A stretch of DNA of 63,411 bases, filler included, from Stramenopiles sp. TOSAG23-3 (GCA_900128585.1; 6 parts of 6 records of this genome joined end to end with filler, not necessarily neighbours in it); one strand, 5' to 3'. Counted from the whole stretch's first letter, positions 1 to 11,421 are shown. The notes: generated from the letters alone by a model not told the origin. Program-made: numbers and translations.

Positions 1-2
1 AG

Positions 3-3000
3 CGCTTTATTCAATGGATTGAGAGACAGCAACTGCAGCACGAGCGACACCTGAAGTCGATGGCAGTGTTAAACGTGTCATGGGAAGAGCAAATGGAGAA
101 GGTTAGATTAAAAGCGATAATTCGCATTCAACGACGCTACAGAGAGCGAAGGGACGCTCGGATTGCGAAAGAACATGCGGACATAATTGCGAACGCCAAG
201 CGGGAGAAAAGAAAGCGAGAGATGGAAAAGAAGAAAGCGCGGGAAGCCGCTATCAAGAAACGAAGAATAGAGCAAGAAAGGAAGCACCAGGAGCGCATAA
301 ACCGGGAAAAACGTGAAGAAGAAGAACGAGTCGCAAAATTAAAAGCAAGGCAAAGGGCAATTGTAGAGAAACACCAAAAAGAGGAAGCCGAAGCTCGTTT
401 TCAAGCGCATGTGCGGCAGTCTCTCACCACGTTTCTTGCCTACTGGAAAAAATTTACAGGATCGGCCAGGTTGAAGAAAAAAGTTTTCCGCAGCGAGTTT
501 CAGAGGCGAATAAACCTATGGAAAGAGTTTCACGCCTTGCGCCGGGAATGGCATGCTAAACAGGACGTCGCGGCCCGGGCGATCCAGCGTTGCTTTCGCG
601 CTTTCCATGCCAGAAATGTTTTGAAGCATATTAAAGCGTACCACAAAAAGCAGGAAGAATCGATCAGAATGAATTTGATTCGCCTTCAAAGGCATTTGGA
701 GCACCGGATTTTAGTGAAGTGGCACGCTTACGCGTACCAACAGCATGGCATCCGCAGAATCTTACGGGATCACTTTTCCCACGTCCTTCATTCATGCTGG
801 CACGATTGGGTTCAGTTTACACACCTGAGTATCGAGGAAAACAACGCGGCCGCAACAAAATTGCAGGCAATGCAACGCGCTCGAGTAAAACGCAGAGAGT
901 ACAACGAAGGGCGACGGCGCCGCCACGCTGCCCTCGTTATCCAGGGAGCGTATCGGGCGCACCTTGCCAAGAACATGCTGCGAAATGCAAAGAGGCATTT
1001 TGAGCGGGAAGAAAGGCGTGCGTTAAGAGCAGTAGGTCGCATGGCAAAGGCAAAGGAAGCACGGGTATTTCACAAATGGCACGACCATGTCAGAAAATTG
1101 AAGAACGTTCGTCGGTTTATGCACGATCTCATCGTGTCTGGCGAAAGAAAAAGTTTTCATACTTGGCAACGCTACACAAAGTACACGAAAGAAAAAAAAG
1201 AGGCAGCCGCGATCCTAGTGCAGAGGCGTTACAAAGAAATGAAAGCGCATCGCTTATACAAAGAGGCGGTTAGAAAGAGCAATGCAGCAATAATTATTCA
1301 GAAGTACGGACGACAATATTTGCAGTCTCGGACTTTGGAGTGGCTCATTTTATACCGTGATGCTGCTACGACCATTCAACGATTTGTACGTGGTGATATT
1401 GGGAGAAGGTTGTACAGAGCAAAGCGGCAAGCAAATTATTTCAAGGCCGCTTACAGCAAAGATTTTTGGATCTGCAACAAGGCCTTTGAGAGACGTGAAG
1501 GCCATTTGCTGGACAGGGAAGGGAACAGCATGCTGATGTGGGCAGCCCGAGGAGGGTCAAAACGAATAATCAAATTGTGCCTTCGGAATAACATGGACAT
1601 AAATGCCATCAATTCATCAGGGCAGAACGCTATGATGCAGCTGATTGCTGAAAATTACTATGGCCAGGAAGTCATCCTTGATTACATGCTTTCAAAGGGG
1701 GGAAACGCAAAGTCTCAGGATTTTACTGGATCGTCCCCACTGATGGAAGCCGCTCGCCTTGGCCGGATCGACTGCATGAAGCTCCTTCTGAAATGTAATG
1801 CCGATGTGAACCATACAGACTACAATGGATGCACTGTGTTACAAGTCGCAGCTGCTGCCAACCAAATAACATCGGTGAATATGCTTCTGGAGCACAAAGT
1901 CGACGTTGACCAAAAAGATCACGACGGTGCCACTGTCCTTCATGACGTTGCAGCCCGTGGACGCTGGCGGATGTTGGAGCACTTGTTACAGTACTGCTCG
2001 TCCTGTGATCACCAAGACAACGACGGCCACACACCACTGCATTTGGCAATATTTGGTGGGCACGCTGAATGTACACGGTTGCTGGTAATAAACGGCGCGG
2101 ACACTAATACGATTGATGATACAGGAAGGTCCCAGTTAATCCATGCTGTTGAAGACGAAAACTTCGAGCTTGTTCAGCTACTCTCCGAGGCAGACACCGA
2201 CCTCAACATCCAGGATAGAGACGGTGAAACTGCATTGCACATAGCGGCTACGCGAGGGTTCTCAGAAATGACCAAGATTTTGCTGGGTAACGGTGCTGAT
2301 CCTATGATAAGAAACCATGATGGCAACAGCGCACTGCATCTTGCGGCACAGCAAGGTCATGTCGAGTGCATTACCCTGCTGATCGACTACCATGCAAGCA
2401 TTAACTTTGTAAATTTTGACAATCGCACTCCACTCGGAGAGGCCAGAATTCGAAATCACAAGGGGGCTGTGGAAGTGTTCAATAAGCGGTTTATTGATGA
2501 CAGAATTGCCCAGAGAAAGTTCGAGGTGGCCTTCGCCTTGAACAGTGGGTTGCCTCCTCCACCTGCACCGGAAGAACCCGCATGGAAGAGAATATGCCGA
2601 GGATTGACCAAGAGTCAGTGGCAAAAAGTCCGTGAACTTTCGTCTTTTGAACGAAAAATACACATGTGGCTAGAAATGAGCGTCACGTTCAACAATTTAG
2701 ACACTGTCGTAAAGTTGCCACGTATTACCGACAATATAGACTCAAACGAAGGGGTTGGAGAGAAAAAAAAATTCTGGGAGCACAGCGAAGAGCTGCAAGA
2801 GAAAATTAAAGAGGAATTGAACCAAGTTATCGTGTATTGGTACTACGATCACGATGAGGTTTACACGGTAGATAAACCACAAGACGTTCAGAAGGGCGTT
2901 TGGGTGCAAGAAGAAGTGAAGATAATGGGACCGGCGGATCCTGATTATCCAGATAATGGCGAAATGGTACCAACTGGCGAAACAAAATTGGTATGGAAAA

Positions 3001-5315
3001 ACAAAGTCACTGGCCAAGAGAGCGATGTTTTACCGCCCATGCTGGTCGAAACGAGAAATACAAAACGTCCTCGTCTTCATGCTGTCCTGGGAAAAGCAGA
3101 CATCACGAAGAACGAGTACAAAGAGTATTATCAGAAAGAAATGGGAGATATCCTTCAGAACAGGGCGGAGGTTCAGTCAGCTGTATTCATACAGAGAATA
3201 TTCCGTGGATACAGAATGCGGGTCTTTTACGCACAGCACAAGAAACGTTGGTACGCATCCATTCATGCCCAGAGAATTGTGAGGGGATTCTTGGGGCGCT
3301 GCCATGCGAGGGAGTTGAGGCGACGCAGGGACGCGGCAATTGCTATTCAGTCCGGTTATCGCGGTATGCTGGACCGCGTATGGATCGGTGAGAACTACTA
3401 TTATATGTGGCGCCGCCGAGCCGTGTGGCGCGCCGTCCACCTCATCAATAGAGTATGGCGAGGTTACGTGTGCCGGCGTTGGAAGCGACGGTATTTGTGG
3501 AAAAAACGAGGCCCCCAGTTTTTTGACGAGTGGCAAGAAGTGCGCCGGCTTTCAATTATTCGCAGAGTTCTTGGTGTATGGGACGAGATGATCTATGCCG
3601 ACACGTACGATGTTATTTTCTACTGCAACCATCTGACAAAGAAATGCCAATGGGACAAACCCCTGGCTGTGTTCAACCACGATCAGCAGCAGCTCGAAGA
3701 CGACCGTCAATTACGTCTCCATGGCTTTACCAGGAGAGAAAAGGAGGTTGCCATGAAACTTCAAGGAATATGGCGTGGTAGACAGGCGATGAGAATTTTC
3801 CGACAGATGGTACGAGGCGCGAAGATCATGAAAACGTGCGAGAATGATTTTCTGTCCAATCCTGACAAAATAGAGCATTTGTGCAACTACACACTGTATT
3901 TACACACCGTGAGATTGGACTACGATCATGCACGAATCATGTACGCCAGGATGCTGGAATATATGACATCACGTGGGCCAGACAATGCGTTCGTCCTCTA
4001 CGCTTACGCGTGTTTCGCCACTGCTACCCGAGAAGCTGATTTTGACGATGTTATCGATATGGTAATGAGGGCAAGAGACGCTGAGCCTAAAACTGGGACG
4101 CACTGTTTTGATTTGGCTGAAAAAGGCTTCTTTCGGCAGGCAATGGTCTTCAACCCGGGGAGTGCACAGGCGAACGCAAACTACGCTATATGCCAACAGT
4201 TTGTACGCCGTGACTACAAGACGGCCGAAGAATACTACTTGCGGGCTTGTAAATTGGACCCGTACGACCACACGATAACATACAATTTTAATGATATGCT
4301 TAAGCGCCTCGCCCACAAAAAATATGATGGGTACGAGGCCTTCATGAAAAGTCAAGTGGCAGACGCAGAGAGAGAAGCTGCAGAGCTGGCGAAGATAATC
4401 GAGTCGGACGAATACCAAATAAATAAGTACAAGCACGAAGCAGCCGCCGTTATCCAGCGCGCGTATAGAAGAAAGAAAGGAGTGAAGGTATTTTGGAAAT
4501 TTCAGGGAATGCCCGAGTCTCTGAAACTGGCTAGGGAGCACGAGGAGTTTCACAAATTTACGGGGCACGACGAAAACCTTGAAGACATAGCAGATTGGGA
4601 AGAGTGCAGCGACGGTCTCGGTAAGATCTATTATTTCAACACGAAAACGAACGAATCACGATGGGAAAAGCCTCAATTTCTGCAAGCAGGAATCAAACTA
4701 AAGAGAGGCCCTGGGTTTGACGGCATGCGCATCGGTAGATTAGAGAACGTCGAGGACTGGGAAGAATGCAGAGACGCCACAGGCAACAACTATTACTACA
4801 ACAATAAGAATGGAAAATCCCAATGGACTCGACCTCGATTTAGAAACGAGGGCGACCACCCAAAGAAAGGCATGGGGTTTGGAGATGCCCATGAAGAGCA
4901 CCTGGAAGATGAAAACCATGGACATGGGACAGCAAAGCGTTCCGATTGGCACGAACACAAAGACAATGCAGGAAGAGTCTATTGGTACAATGACAAGACT
5001 GGAGAATCGCAGTGGCTGCAACCCCATTTTATGAGCGAGGATGAAGAAATAGAACTACACCACCAGGAGATGGAAGAGAAGACAAAAAATATACCCGAAG
5101 GGTGGGAGGCACAACAAGACGCCAAAGGAAATTACTATTACTTTTGTCTTACTACCGGAGAAAGCGCATGGGAGAAGCCTACCGAAAAGTGCGTCCCTCC
5201 TCCAGGATGGGAAACGGTTAAAAATGAGGATGGCACTGTCTATTTTTACAACAAAATAACCGGTGATTCAAGGTGGGAACTTAAAGGGCTAATGGATTAT
5301 ACCAGAAATGCATAA
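3..5315 (+). CDS. Large multidomain scaffold (5'-partial): coiled coil, IQ motifs, Sfi1-like W-repeats, ankyrin repeats, TPR-like repeats, multiple C-terminal WW domains
   Basis: Frame is open from base 3 to the ATG at 60. IQ motifs: IQRCFRAFHAR, IQGAYRAHLAK, IQRIFRGYRMR. Ankyrin motifs: DGHTPLHLA, DGETALHIAA, DGNSALHLAA. TPR-like: NANYAICQQFVRRDYKTAEEYYLRA. WW motifs: WEECSDGLGKIYYFNTKTNESRWEKP, PPGWETVKNEDGTVYFYNKITGDSRWE. Confidence 0.85.
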   Translation, partial: RFIQWIERQQLQHERHLKSMAVLNVSWEEQMEKVRLKAIIRIQRRYRERRDARIAKEHADIIANAKREKRKREMEKKKAREAAIKKRRIEQERKHQERINREKREEEERVAKLKARQRAIVEKHQKEEAEARFQAHVRQSLTTFLAYWKKFTGSARLKKKVFRSEFQRRINLWKEFHALRREWHAKQDVAARAIQRCFRAFHARNVLKHIKAYHKKQEESIRMNLIRLQRHLEHRILVKWHAYAYQQHGIRRILRDHFSHVLHSCWHDWVQFTHLSIEENNAAATKLQAMQRARVKRREYNEGRRRRHAALVIQGAYRAHLAKNMLRNAKRHFEREERRALRAVGRMAKAKEARVFHKWHDHVRKLKNVRRFMHDLIVSGERKSFHTWQRYTKYTKEKKEAAAILVQRRYKEMKAHRLYKEAVRKSNAAIIIQKYGRQYLQSRTLEWLILYRDAATTIQRFVRGDIGRRLYRAKRQANYFKAAYSKDFWICNKAFERREGHLLDREGNSMLMWAARGGSKRIIKLCLRNNMDINAINSSGQNAMMQLIAENYYGQEVILDYMLSKGGNAKSQDFTGSSPLMEAARLGRIDCMKLLLKCNADVNHTDYNGCTVLQVAAAANQITSVNMLLEHKVDVDQKDHDGATVLHDVAARGRWRMLEHLLQYCSSCDHQDNDGHTPLHLAIFGGHAECTRLLVINGADTNTIDDTGRSQLIHAVEDENFELVQLLSEADTDLNIQDRDGETALHIAATRGFSEMTKILLGNGADPMIRNHDGNSALHLAAQQGHVECITLLIDYHASINFVNFDNRTPLGEARIRNHKGAVEVFNKRFIDDRIAQRKFEVAFALNSGLPPPPAPEEPAWKRICRGLTKSQWQKVRELSSFERKIHMWLEMSVTFNNLDTVVKLPRITDNIDSNEGVGEKKKFWEHSEELQEKIKEELNQVIVYWYYDHDEVYTVDKPQDVQKGVWVQEEVKIMGPADPDYPDNGEMVPTGETKLVWKNKVTGQESDVLPPMLVETRNTKRPRLHAVLGKADITKNEYKEYYQKEMGDILQNRAEVQSAVFIQRIFRGYRMRVFYAQHKKRWYASIHAQRIVRGFLGRCHARELRRRRDAAIAIQSGYRGMLDRVWIGENYYYMWRRRAVWRAVHLINRVWRGYVCRRWKRRYLWKKRGPQFFDEWQEVRRLSIIRRVLGVWDEMIYADTYDVIFYCNHLTKKCQWDKPLAVFNHDQQQLEDDRQLRLHGFTRREKEVAMKLQGIWRGRQAMRIFRQMVRGAKIMKTCENDFLSNPDKIEHLCNYTLYLHTVRLDYDHARIMYARMLEYMTSRGPDNAFVLYAYACFATATREADFDDVIDMVMRARDAEPKTGTHCFDLAEKGFFRQAMVFNPGSAQANANYAICQQFVRRDYKTAEEYYLRACKLDPYDHTITYNFNDMLKRLAHKKYDGYEAFMKSQVADAEREAAELAKIIESDEYQINKYKHEAAAVIQRAYRRKKGVKVFWKFQGMPESLKLAREHEEFHKFTGHDENLEDIADWEECSDGLGKIYYFNTKTNESRWEKPQFLQAGIKLKRGPGFDGMRIGRLENVEDWEECRDATGNNYYYNNKNGKSQWTRPRFRNEGDHPKKGMGFGDAHEEHLEDENHGHGTAKRSDWHEHKDNAGRVYWYNDKTGESQWLQPHFMSEDEEIELHHQEMEEKTKNIPEGWEAQQDAKGNYYYFCLTTGESAWEKPTEKCVPPPGWETVKNEDGTVYFYNKITGDSRWELKGLMDYTRNA

Positions 5316-5345
5316 ACTTCCACATTCGTCTTTTTTACTAAAATA

Positions 5346-5526
5346 AAAACAAGAAAATTGGCTGTTAATTTCAATAAAAACAAAATTAATGGCTCTTAGT
5401 ATTTAAAAACAAATACTGGCGGTCTACACACTTCTAAATTTCACATATTTTTTGTTTTTAAGAAATTCAAAACAAGAAAATTGGCTGTTATTTTAAAAAC
5501 AAGAAAATTGGCTGTTATTTAAGTAA
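5346..5526 (+). repeat. Three copies of the dispersed 22-mer AAAACAAGAAAATTGGCTGTTA (5346-5367, 5469-5490, 5496-5517)
   Basis: Exact copies read directly, lying between convergent genes; the same 22-mer recurs in other contigs. Confidence 0.9.
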
Positions 5527-5694
5527 CATAATTAAAATTAATGTACTGCGAACTGAAATCTAGATTTAGAAATTTTCTAATAAATTATAATTCATATTTA
5601 AACCGTTCTGTTTCAAATTCGAATAAACACGATCCGCGCGTAAAATTACAAAATCCTCTCCTATCTGCCTTTAAATAACGTGGCTAAACTGATT

Positions 5695-7113
5695 TCAAGT
5701 TTCGACGTTCCAGCTCGCAATATTGCCCACGCTTGGAAATGAGCTTAGCTGGCCATTTCCTGTGATAATCCGAGGTGGAATCCCACTTATCGATCCGTCG
5801 TTAAGGTTGATGGTAGTCGGACTTAGAGAAAATCGGATGGCAACCCCGTTTGGAGACTGCTGCTTGCCTTGCCCGTCGTCTGGTTCGCCGTCCTCATCAA
5901 CGTAATCGGTGTCAATGAAGGAAAGGGACAGCTGGTCCCCATCAAAAAGGCCCAGGTTGCATTTGGCGGACTCACTACGGGAGGACGTACGTGTTAGCGG
6001 TCGCGGCTGGAGAGAATGGCTCAAGGCGGCACTTTTCTTATTTGTTTCACCCCCAAAAACTGGGAAATTGACCACAGGGGCGTAGTTAGCTTTATTTTTC
6101 CTCTTTTCAGGGTGTAATTGCTTACACATGCGGTTCTTTTCCCAGTAATTATCTAATGTCTCCTCCCCATTACCCTTCTGGGACCATGGTCGAAGGTCTT
6201 CCAAAGACTGCAACGGAAGAAGCGTCGCTCCGATGTGCCCGGCTTGGAGACGCGAGAGCTTATCCCCTTCTTTTTCGGACGAAACTAGGTTAAAGCCAGA
6301 CGATAGGTATTTTTCAGGGTCCAACACACTGCTTTGAGATTTAAAATTTGGATCTAGCAGATGATTCCCACTGATATTTCCACAAGAGGGGTGGCGAATA
6401 ATATTGCCTTCCGTTGTCGCAGAATCTTGGTTGATGGTTCCAAACGGATTCTTCGTTCTGTGCACACCCAGATACTCTTCTTGCCTCATGGTTAATTTAT
6501 TCAGCTTCACCCTTTTCTTGATTGGCCTCTTCCTTAGACAACCTCCGTAGCTTGTTGCCGGGCACTGGTTACCGCTCTTGCTCTTTATCAAGTTATTTAT
6601 CCGAACGCTTGAGATCGAGGTCCGCCCGAGGGTAAAACTTTTTTCTTTCACCACGCGCGCAGCGACGGTCCTTTCCGCTCGCTGTGCCGTTGTGAGGGCT
6701 GCTATACTATTGTTTTCGTAAATTTCATCCGCAGATATTCGCTTTGACAAAAGGCTTTTGTTGAGTGGCTTTCTACTTTGTCGACTCTCCAGCATAGCCG
6801 TGCGATAACTGCTCTGATTAAGACTACTGCTGACGTTGTCAAAAGGGGAAAAATGGTCTGTTCCAGTTTTGCGCGCTTTGTTCTTCTTACGTGACTTTCT
6901 TAACTTCCTCTCTTTTCCATCGTTGCTAATTAAGCTCAGTGTAGAATCTCCACCGTACAGCCCTTGTCCAGAAAAACTGTTCGTGAACGCAGACTCACGC
7001 ACTGACGTAACAAATATGGAGGAGGGTTTAGCTTCAGTCGACAGCGGAGAGACAGGCTTCTTCCCTGTCCCATCTTTGCCCCCAGAACTGTTTATCGTAA
7101 GCCTGACTTTCAT
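5695..7113 (-). CDS. Hypothetical Ser/Lys-rich, probably disordered protein
   Basis: Long ORF with coding-like GC between AT-rich flanks; first ATG at 7113 (MKVRLT); no recognised domain. Confidence 0.65.
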   Translation of the reverse strand: MKVRLTINSSGGKDGTGKKPVSPLSTEAKPSSIFVTSVRESAFTNSFSGQGLYGGDSTLSLISNDGKERKLRKSRKKNKARKTGTDHFSPFDNVSSSLNQSSYRTAMLESRQSRKPLNKSLLSKRISADEIYENNSIAALTTAQRAERTVAARVVKEKSFTLGRTSISSVRINNLIKSKSGNQCPATSYGGCLRKRPIKKRVKLNKLTMRQEEYLGVHRTKNPFGTINQDSATTEGNIIRHPSCGNISGNHLLDPNFKSQSSVLDPEKYLSSGFNLVSSEKEGDKLSRLQAGHIGATLLPLQSLEDLRPWSQKGNGEETLDNYWEKNRMCKQLHPEKRKNKANYAPVVNFPVFGGETNKKSAALSHSLQPRPLTRTSSRSESAKCNLGLFDGDQLSLSFIDTDYVDEDGEPDDGQGKQQSPNGVAIRFSLSPTTINLNDGSISGIPPRIITGNGQLSSFPSVGNIASWNVET

Positions 7114-8000
7114 GTTCAACACACAGACAGCCCCCCCAACGCACAACCGTTGAAAAAAAGGTCTAATCCAAGCAATTGTTGGTCTGTTAAGAATGTTCTC
7201 GGCAACTAATTAGGTGATTGAAGGAATGTTGAGGGAAGAAGTTTCGCAGCAAACATAGAAACTATTAAATTTCTAGAAGACAACCTCTAGCAGTAGTATT
7301 CCGTACCAGGTTTTTAAAACAGGTACCGAACCACTTCACTAGGTACCGTACCGTAGTAGAGTACGGTACCCAGTAGTATTGAACACCAGGGAGGTAATAT
7401 AATAATACCTACCAAAGAAAAAGTGAAATATAAACGGACATTTATTGATGATTATGAGGGGTAGCACTATTACACTATCTGGTACCCGCATACTAATAAG
7501 ATGATATGGAATAAAAGATGAAGAAAGAAGAAAGAAAGAAGAAGAAAGAAGAAAAAAAAAATATTATAATAATTATAATACAATAAGAAGAAGAAGAAGA
7601 AAGAAGAAGACAACTGAAAAAATAATAATAATATTATTATTATATAATAAATATCTATTTTTAATTTTTTTCTTCCCAAAAAAAAAATAATAATTATTAT
7701 TTTATTATTTTATTTTATATTGACTTTTTAGTAAAAAATGAATGAAAACTCTGTTTGGTTCAATAAACGATGTATGAGTCGATGCACCGGATTTATTTTT
7801 TCTTCTTTCGTGTATGTTGGCACGTCCATCATAAGATTTTAAATTTCAATAAGATAACTGACTGGGATATTGTGTAGTATTGAGATAATTTGAGACGGCG
7901 ATTACTTTTCATTTTTGAACGCAAGGTTTCAGCCTCGTCTTGTCCAGTCGAGAAAAACAAACAAAAACGGCCACCATAGCTTGTCTATTTTTGGAAAACG

Positions 8001-8741
8001 ATGAGTTTTCTAGGCTTTGCTGGTGACCTGCAAAGTTCTTTTCAGTCAGTTCAAAACTTGAAATCCGTTTTTGATATGGATGCTTTGAAGGACAAAATAG
8101 AAGCCGAAGAGAAAGAGCAGGACAAAGTGACTGAAAATAGCAAAAAGAAAGTCGACGAGGTATCGTATGAAAAACGTGGTAATAATAGTTCCAATAACCC
8201 AGGAGATGTCCCTATCGTTAGTTCGGCTTCACTCCTCTCCCCCGCAGAGGCCAAGAAACTAAAATCTTTTTCTACAGGAAGCGGAAGAAGCAGTGCTACC
8301 AGCCAGGTGGACAATAATAAGGCCAGGGAGAAGGTGGGCAAGGCACGATACTCGAACGGCCAGGTCTCCTCAGATTCCCTGGACGGGAAAAGTAGCGTGG
8401 ATGGGAGCGATGACGACGACGACGACATAGAATCGGGCAGCGGCATGCGTTTAGCAAGACGCGACGAGGGATTGGAAGAGTATGTGCCTGGTAGGGTTGG
8501 TGGCAGATACGATGATACGTTTAGTAGAGACTCTGCAAATGAGACCACGGATACCAGTAGTAGCGACGGGGCAACCAGTGGGATGTTTGGAGGCGCTGGC
8601 GCGTTGACTTCAGCCGTTACTTTCTTAAGAAATGTAGACTGGAGGTATTTGCGAAATGGTATTGGGGAAATACTGGAAGAGCACAAAAGCGCAGTTTGGA
8701 CATTTCTGTCGTTTCTGCTGCTGTATAAATTTCTCTTTTAA
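8001..8741 (+). CDS. Hypothetical protein with a C-terminal hydrophobic tail (possible tail-anchored membrane protein)
   Basis: 246-aa ORF, Ser/Asp-rich body, ending AVWTFLSFLLLYKFLF. Confidence 0.65.
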   Translation: MSFLGFAGDLQSSFQSVQNLKSVFDMDALKDKIEAEEKEQDKVTENSKKKVDEVSYEKRGNNSSNNPGDVPIVSSASLLSPAEAKKLKSFSTGSGRSSATSQVDNNKAREKVGKARYSNGQVSSDSLDGKSSVDGSDDDDDDIESGSGMRLARRDEGLEEYVPGRVGGRYDDTFSRDSANETTDTSSSDGATSGMFGGAGALTSAVTFLRNVDWRYLRNGIGEILEEHKSAVWTFLSFLLLYKFLF

Positions 8742-9023
8742 AGAGCCCCCCCCCCCCCCTTCCCGTCTCTGTCCGTGTGTCGTGTTTCAGTTTTTGAAAA
8801 TTTATAAATCTTGTGGAGTTAATTATTTACTTTCTACGGGTCTGAACACCTCGCATTTAAATTTTGTTTTTCCAAGTCTAGAAACTTTTGGATTTAATTT
8901 AAATTTTTTTTGATTAAATTATAAAAAAAAATTAAAAATATGATATTTATTTAACACATTATGTACAGCAATTTGATGTTTATGGTGCGGAGTTTACATG
9001 ATCTCTACCTGTGCAGCAAGGCG

Positions 9024-9758
9024 TCAAAAGGTAAGGTAGTTGTCTTTGTGTTTCATAGTTTTGAAAGTCTTCTCCAGTTCTTGGAACTGTTTCATCAGCT
9101 CCATGTACTCAAGGTCTTTCCCCCCCTGCATTTCGCTTTGCCCCCGTTTCTGGGCTTCGGCCCGCGCGATACGGTGCTTCTTTTCTATCATACGCATTTC
9201 CCGAACATCTTTGAGCTCTGCCTTCTTCTTCTCGACCACTATGCGCTTTGCATGCCTTCCCGCCTCAAGCTTTTCCTCATACTCTTGGCGTCTTTGTTTT
9301 ATTTCCTCTTCTTTCTGCCGTTCTTTAACCCTTTCCTCCTCCATTTTCTTTGCTTTCCGTTCTCGCTTTCTCTTCTCGCTCTCTTTCTTCGCTTCTATCT
9401 TTTTGTGCTCAAGCCATGCAATTTCTTTCTCTCGCTCCGCCGACAGTTCCTGAAGGCGAATTCGCACCTTTTCCCTCTCGGCCTTTTTATGCCTTGCTAA
9501 CGCGGCGTACTTAGCGAAAGTCTCGTCCCTTCCTAAAGCATTTTCATGTCGTTTTCGGTCCGTTGGGCTAAGGCTAACCAAAGACGGAACGTGATGAGGA
9601 AGAACCATCAGCCCCTTTTCTTTCGCTTCTGCAAGGTCAATACTAAGCTGCATTTCCCGCATTTTATCCCGTAAGCTTTGAATCATCATTTCCTTATGGT
9701 CTAATATCGCCTCATGTTTGTAGACCTTGTCCATTTCCGATTCATTCAATGACACCAT
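9024..9758 (-). CDS. Charged coiled-coil protein
   Basis: 244-aa E/K/R-rich ORF starting with ATG. Confidence 0.7.
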   Translation of the reverse strand: MVSLNESEMDKVYKHEAILDHKEMMIQSLRDKMREMQLSIDLAEAKEKGLMVLPHHVPSLVSLSPTDRKRHENALGRDETFAKYAALARHKKAEREKVRIRLQELSAEREKEIAWLEHKKIEAKKESEKRKRERKAKKMEEERVKERQKEEEIKQRRQEYEEKLEAGRHAKRIVVEKKKAELKDVREMRMIEKKHRIARAEAQKRGQSEMQGGKDLEYMELMKQFQELEKTFKTMKHKDNYLTF

Positions 9759-10511
9759 TCTTTAAATATAGGCAGTACGTTACCAAACCTCACTCACGCT
9801 TTTATGTATTCTCAAACACAAAAAATCGCAATCGCTTGAATACCCAAAAGAAAGAAACTTAAAATGAATGGAGCGCTTCTTCTATAAACACAATTCCTTT
9901 GGTATCCATTTCATTCTGTCTAATAACTTATATATCTTAAACCAGTTTTTTTTACTGTTTAGTTTAGCTCGTGCATTGTAAAATTCATTTTTATTAATTG
10001 TATATAGTAGTAGTAAAAAATATGAATAATTTTCGATGATATCAGTTTATTTTTGGTGGTGAGTGGTGGTTGTATTTCTTCTTTTCTTTTTTTTTTTTTT
10101 TTAAATATTTTTTAATAATAATAAAATAATAACTAACGGAAGAATGAATGCAAAGCAATTCACGGCAAAAAACAGCAGCAGGTCTTCGAAGAAGAAGAGG
10201 GGTAGGAAAAAAAAGAAGTAGTATTTATTAGTAATATACAGGTACATAACATAATCTATAAAATATTAGAAAAAAAGACGAGAAGAAGAGACAATAATGA
10301 CGGACAAAAGAAACGAACAGAGCGCGCGCACCAATTAGGATAGAGCAGCATCAGCAGCCATTTCCGATTTGTTTTTCAAGCGTTTCTTTTTGGCTTTATC
10401 GACTACCTTACCAACAAGAGCAAAGATTTTGAACTTCGCCGATGCACGCAATGCGCCAGTGCCAACATAATGTGTTAAATAAATATCATATTTTTAATTT
10501 TTTTTTATAAT

Positions 10512-10611
10512 NNNNNNNNNNNNNNNNNNNNNNNNNNNNNNNNNNNNNNNNNNNNTTAATTAATTAANNNNNNNNNNNNNNNNNNNNNNNNNNNNNNNNN
10601 NNNNNNNNNNN
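10512..10611. other. Artificial contig linker (N44-TTAATTAATTAA-N44)
   Basis: Identical 100-bp structure occurs five times; the 12-mer gives stop codons in all six frames. Confidence 0.97.
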
Positions 10612-10882
10612 TTTCCACCTCCTCTCTAGGCTATAGATTTTAAGGGGCGCGGGGCAACGCCCCTTTTTTTCTTGTCTCGAAACCAAAAAAGGGGCGGAAT
10701 CTTTCTCCCTCTTAACTACGAGGATACCAAATATACATAATCACAGCATTACCAAAATTGTTGCATAAACAGGCCGACAACTTTGTTACCTTTGCATTAC
10801 TATATTTAGTAGTTGAAGTGAGTGGGCCACCCGGGAGGACTAACGCATGTGGATAAATATTTGAAAGCAAATCAATTGTGGT

Positions 10883-10960
10883 AATCAACTCAAAATCAAC
10901 TCAAAAGGAACTCAAAATCAACTCAAAATCAACACATTTTAAACACAAAATCAACACAAG
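10883..10960 (+). repeat. Tandem (AAATCAACTCA)-type repeats upstream of the secreted-protein gene
   Basis: aatcaactcaaaatcaactcaaaaggaactcaaaatcaactcaaaatcaacac...aaatcaacacaag. Confidence 0.8.
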
Positions 10961-10972
10961 TAGCAGCAGAGA

Positions 10973-11374
10973 ATGAAAGTTGCCTTCATTGCCACCATTG
11001 GGTCAACAATCCTTGCGTCCACCGCCAGTGCAGGGTGGGGCGGCCCGCAAATTGAGAGCATGCCCCTCAAGTGGCAGGCTCTTGTAAAACAGCAAATGTG
11101 CTCGGGCTACGTGAGTCAAGTCAAGAATTCGATTGCACTCTGTTCAGAAGAAGAAATGAACGAGAGTTGCTTCTTGTGCTCCTTACCGACTGACCAAGAA
11201 TCTATTGATTGCTATATCGAACAAGGTTGTCTGCCTCAAGGGTCATATGCAGCTCCGCGTCGTTTACGCCATGCAGCTAAACGCCGCGACAAGTTCACTA
11301 TGCCCGAAGATTTTAAGCTTCCCGAAGATTTTAAGCTTCCCGAAGGATTTCGAGGTCCACTAAATGAATACTAA
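10973..11374 (+). CDS. Small secreted Cys-rich protein with C-terminal PEDFKL repeats
   Basis: Signal-peptide-like MKVAFIATIGSTILASTASA, six Cys, RRL and KRR basic sites, then PEDFKLPEDFKLPEGF. Confidence 0.7.
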   Translation: MKVAFIATIGSTILASTASAGWGGPQIESMPLKWQALVKQQMCSGYVSQVKNSIALCSEEEMNESCFLCSLPTDQESIDCYIEQGCLPQGSYAAPRRLRHAAKRRDKFTMPEDFKLPEDFKLPEGFRGPLNEY

Positions 11375-11421
11375 ATGGACAGCAAAGAAACCCACTGCGA
11401 AAAAGACTTGATAGGCTCGCC

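Noticed and set aside
5346-5526. CRISPR-like array from the 22-mer repeats
   Set aside because: Irregular spacing, AT-rich low-complexity spacers, no cas genes, eukaryotic context.
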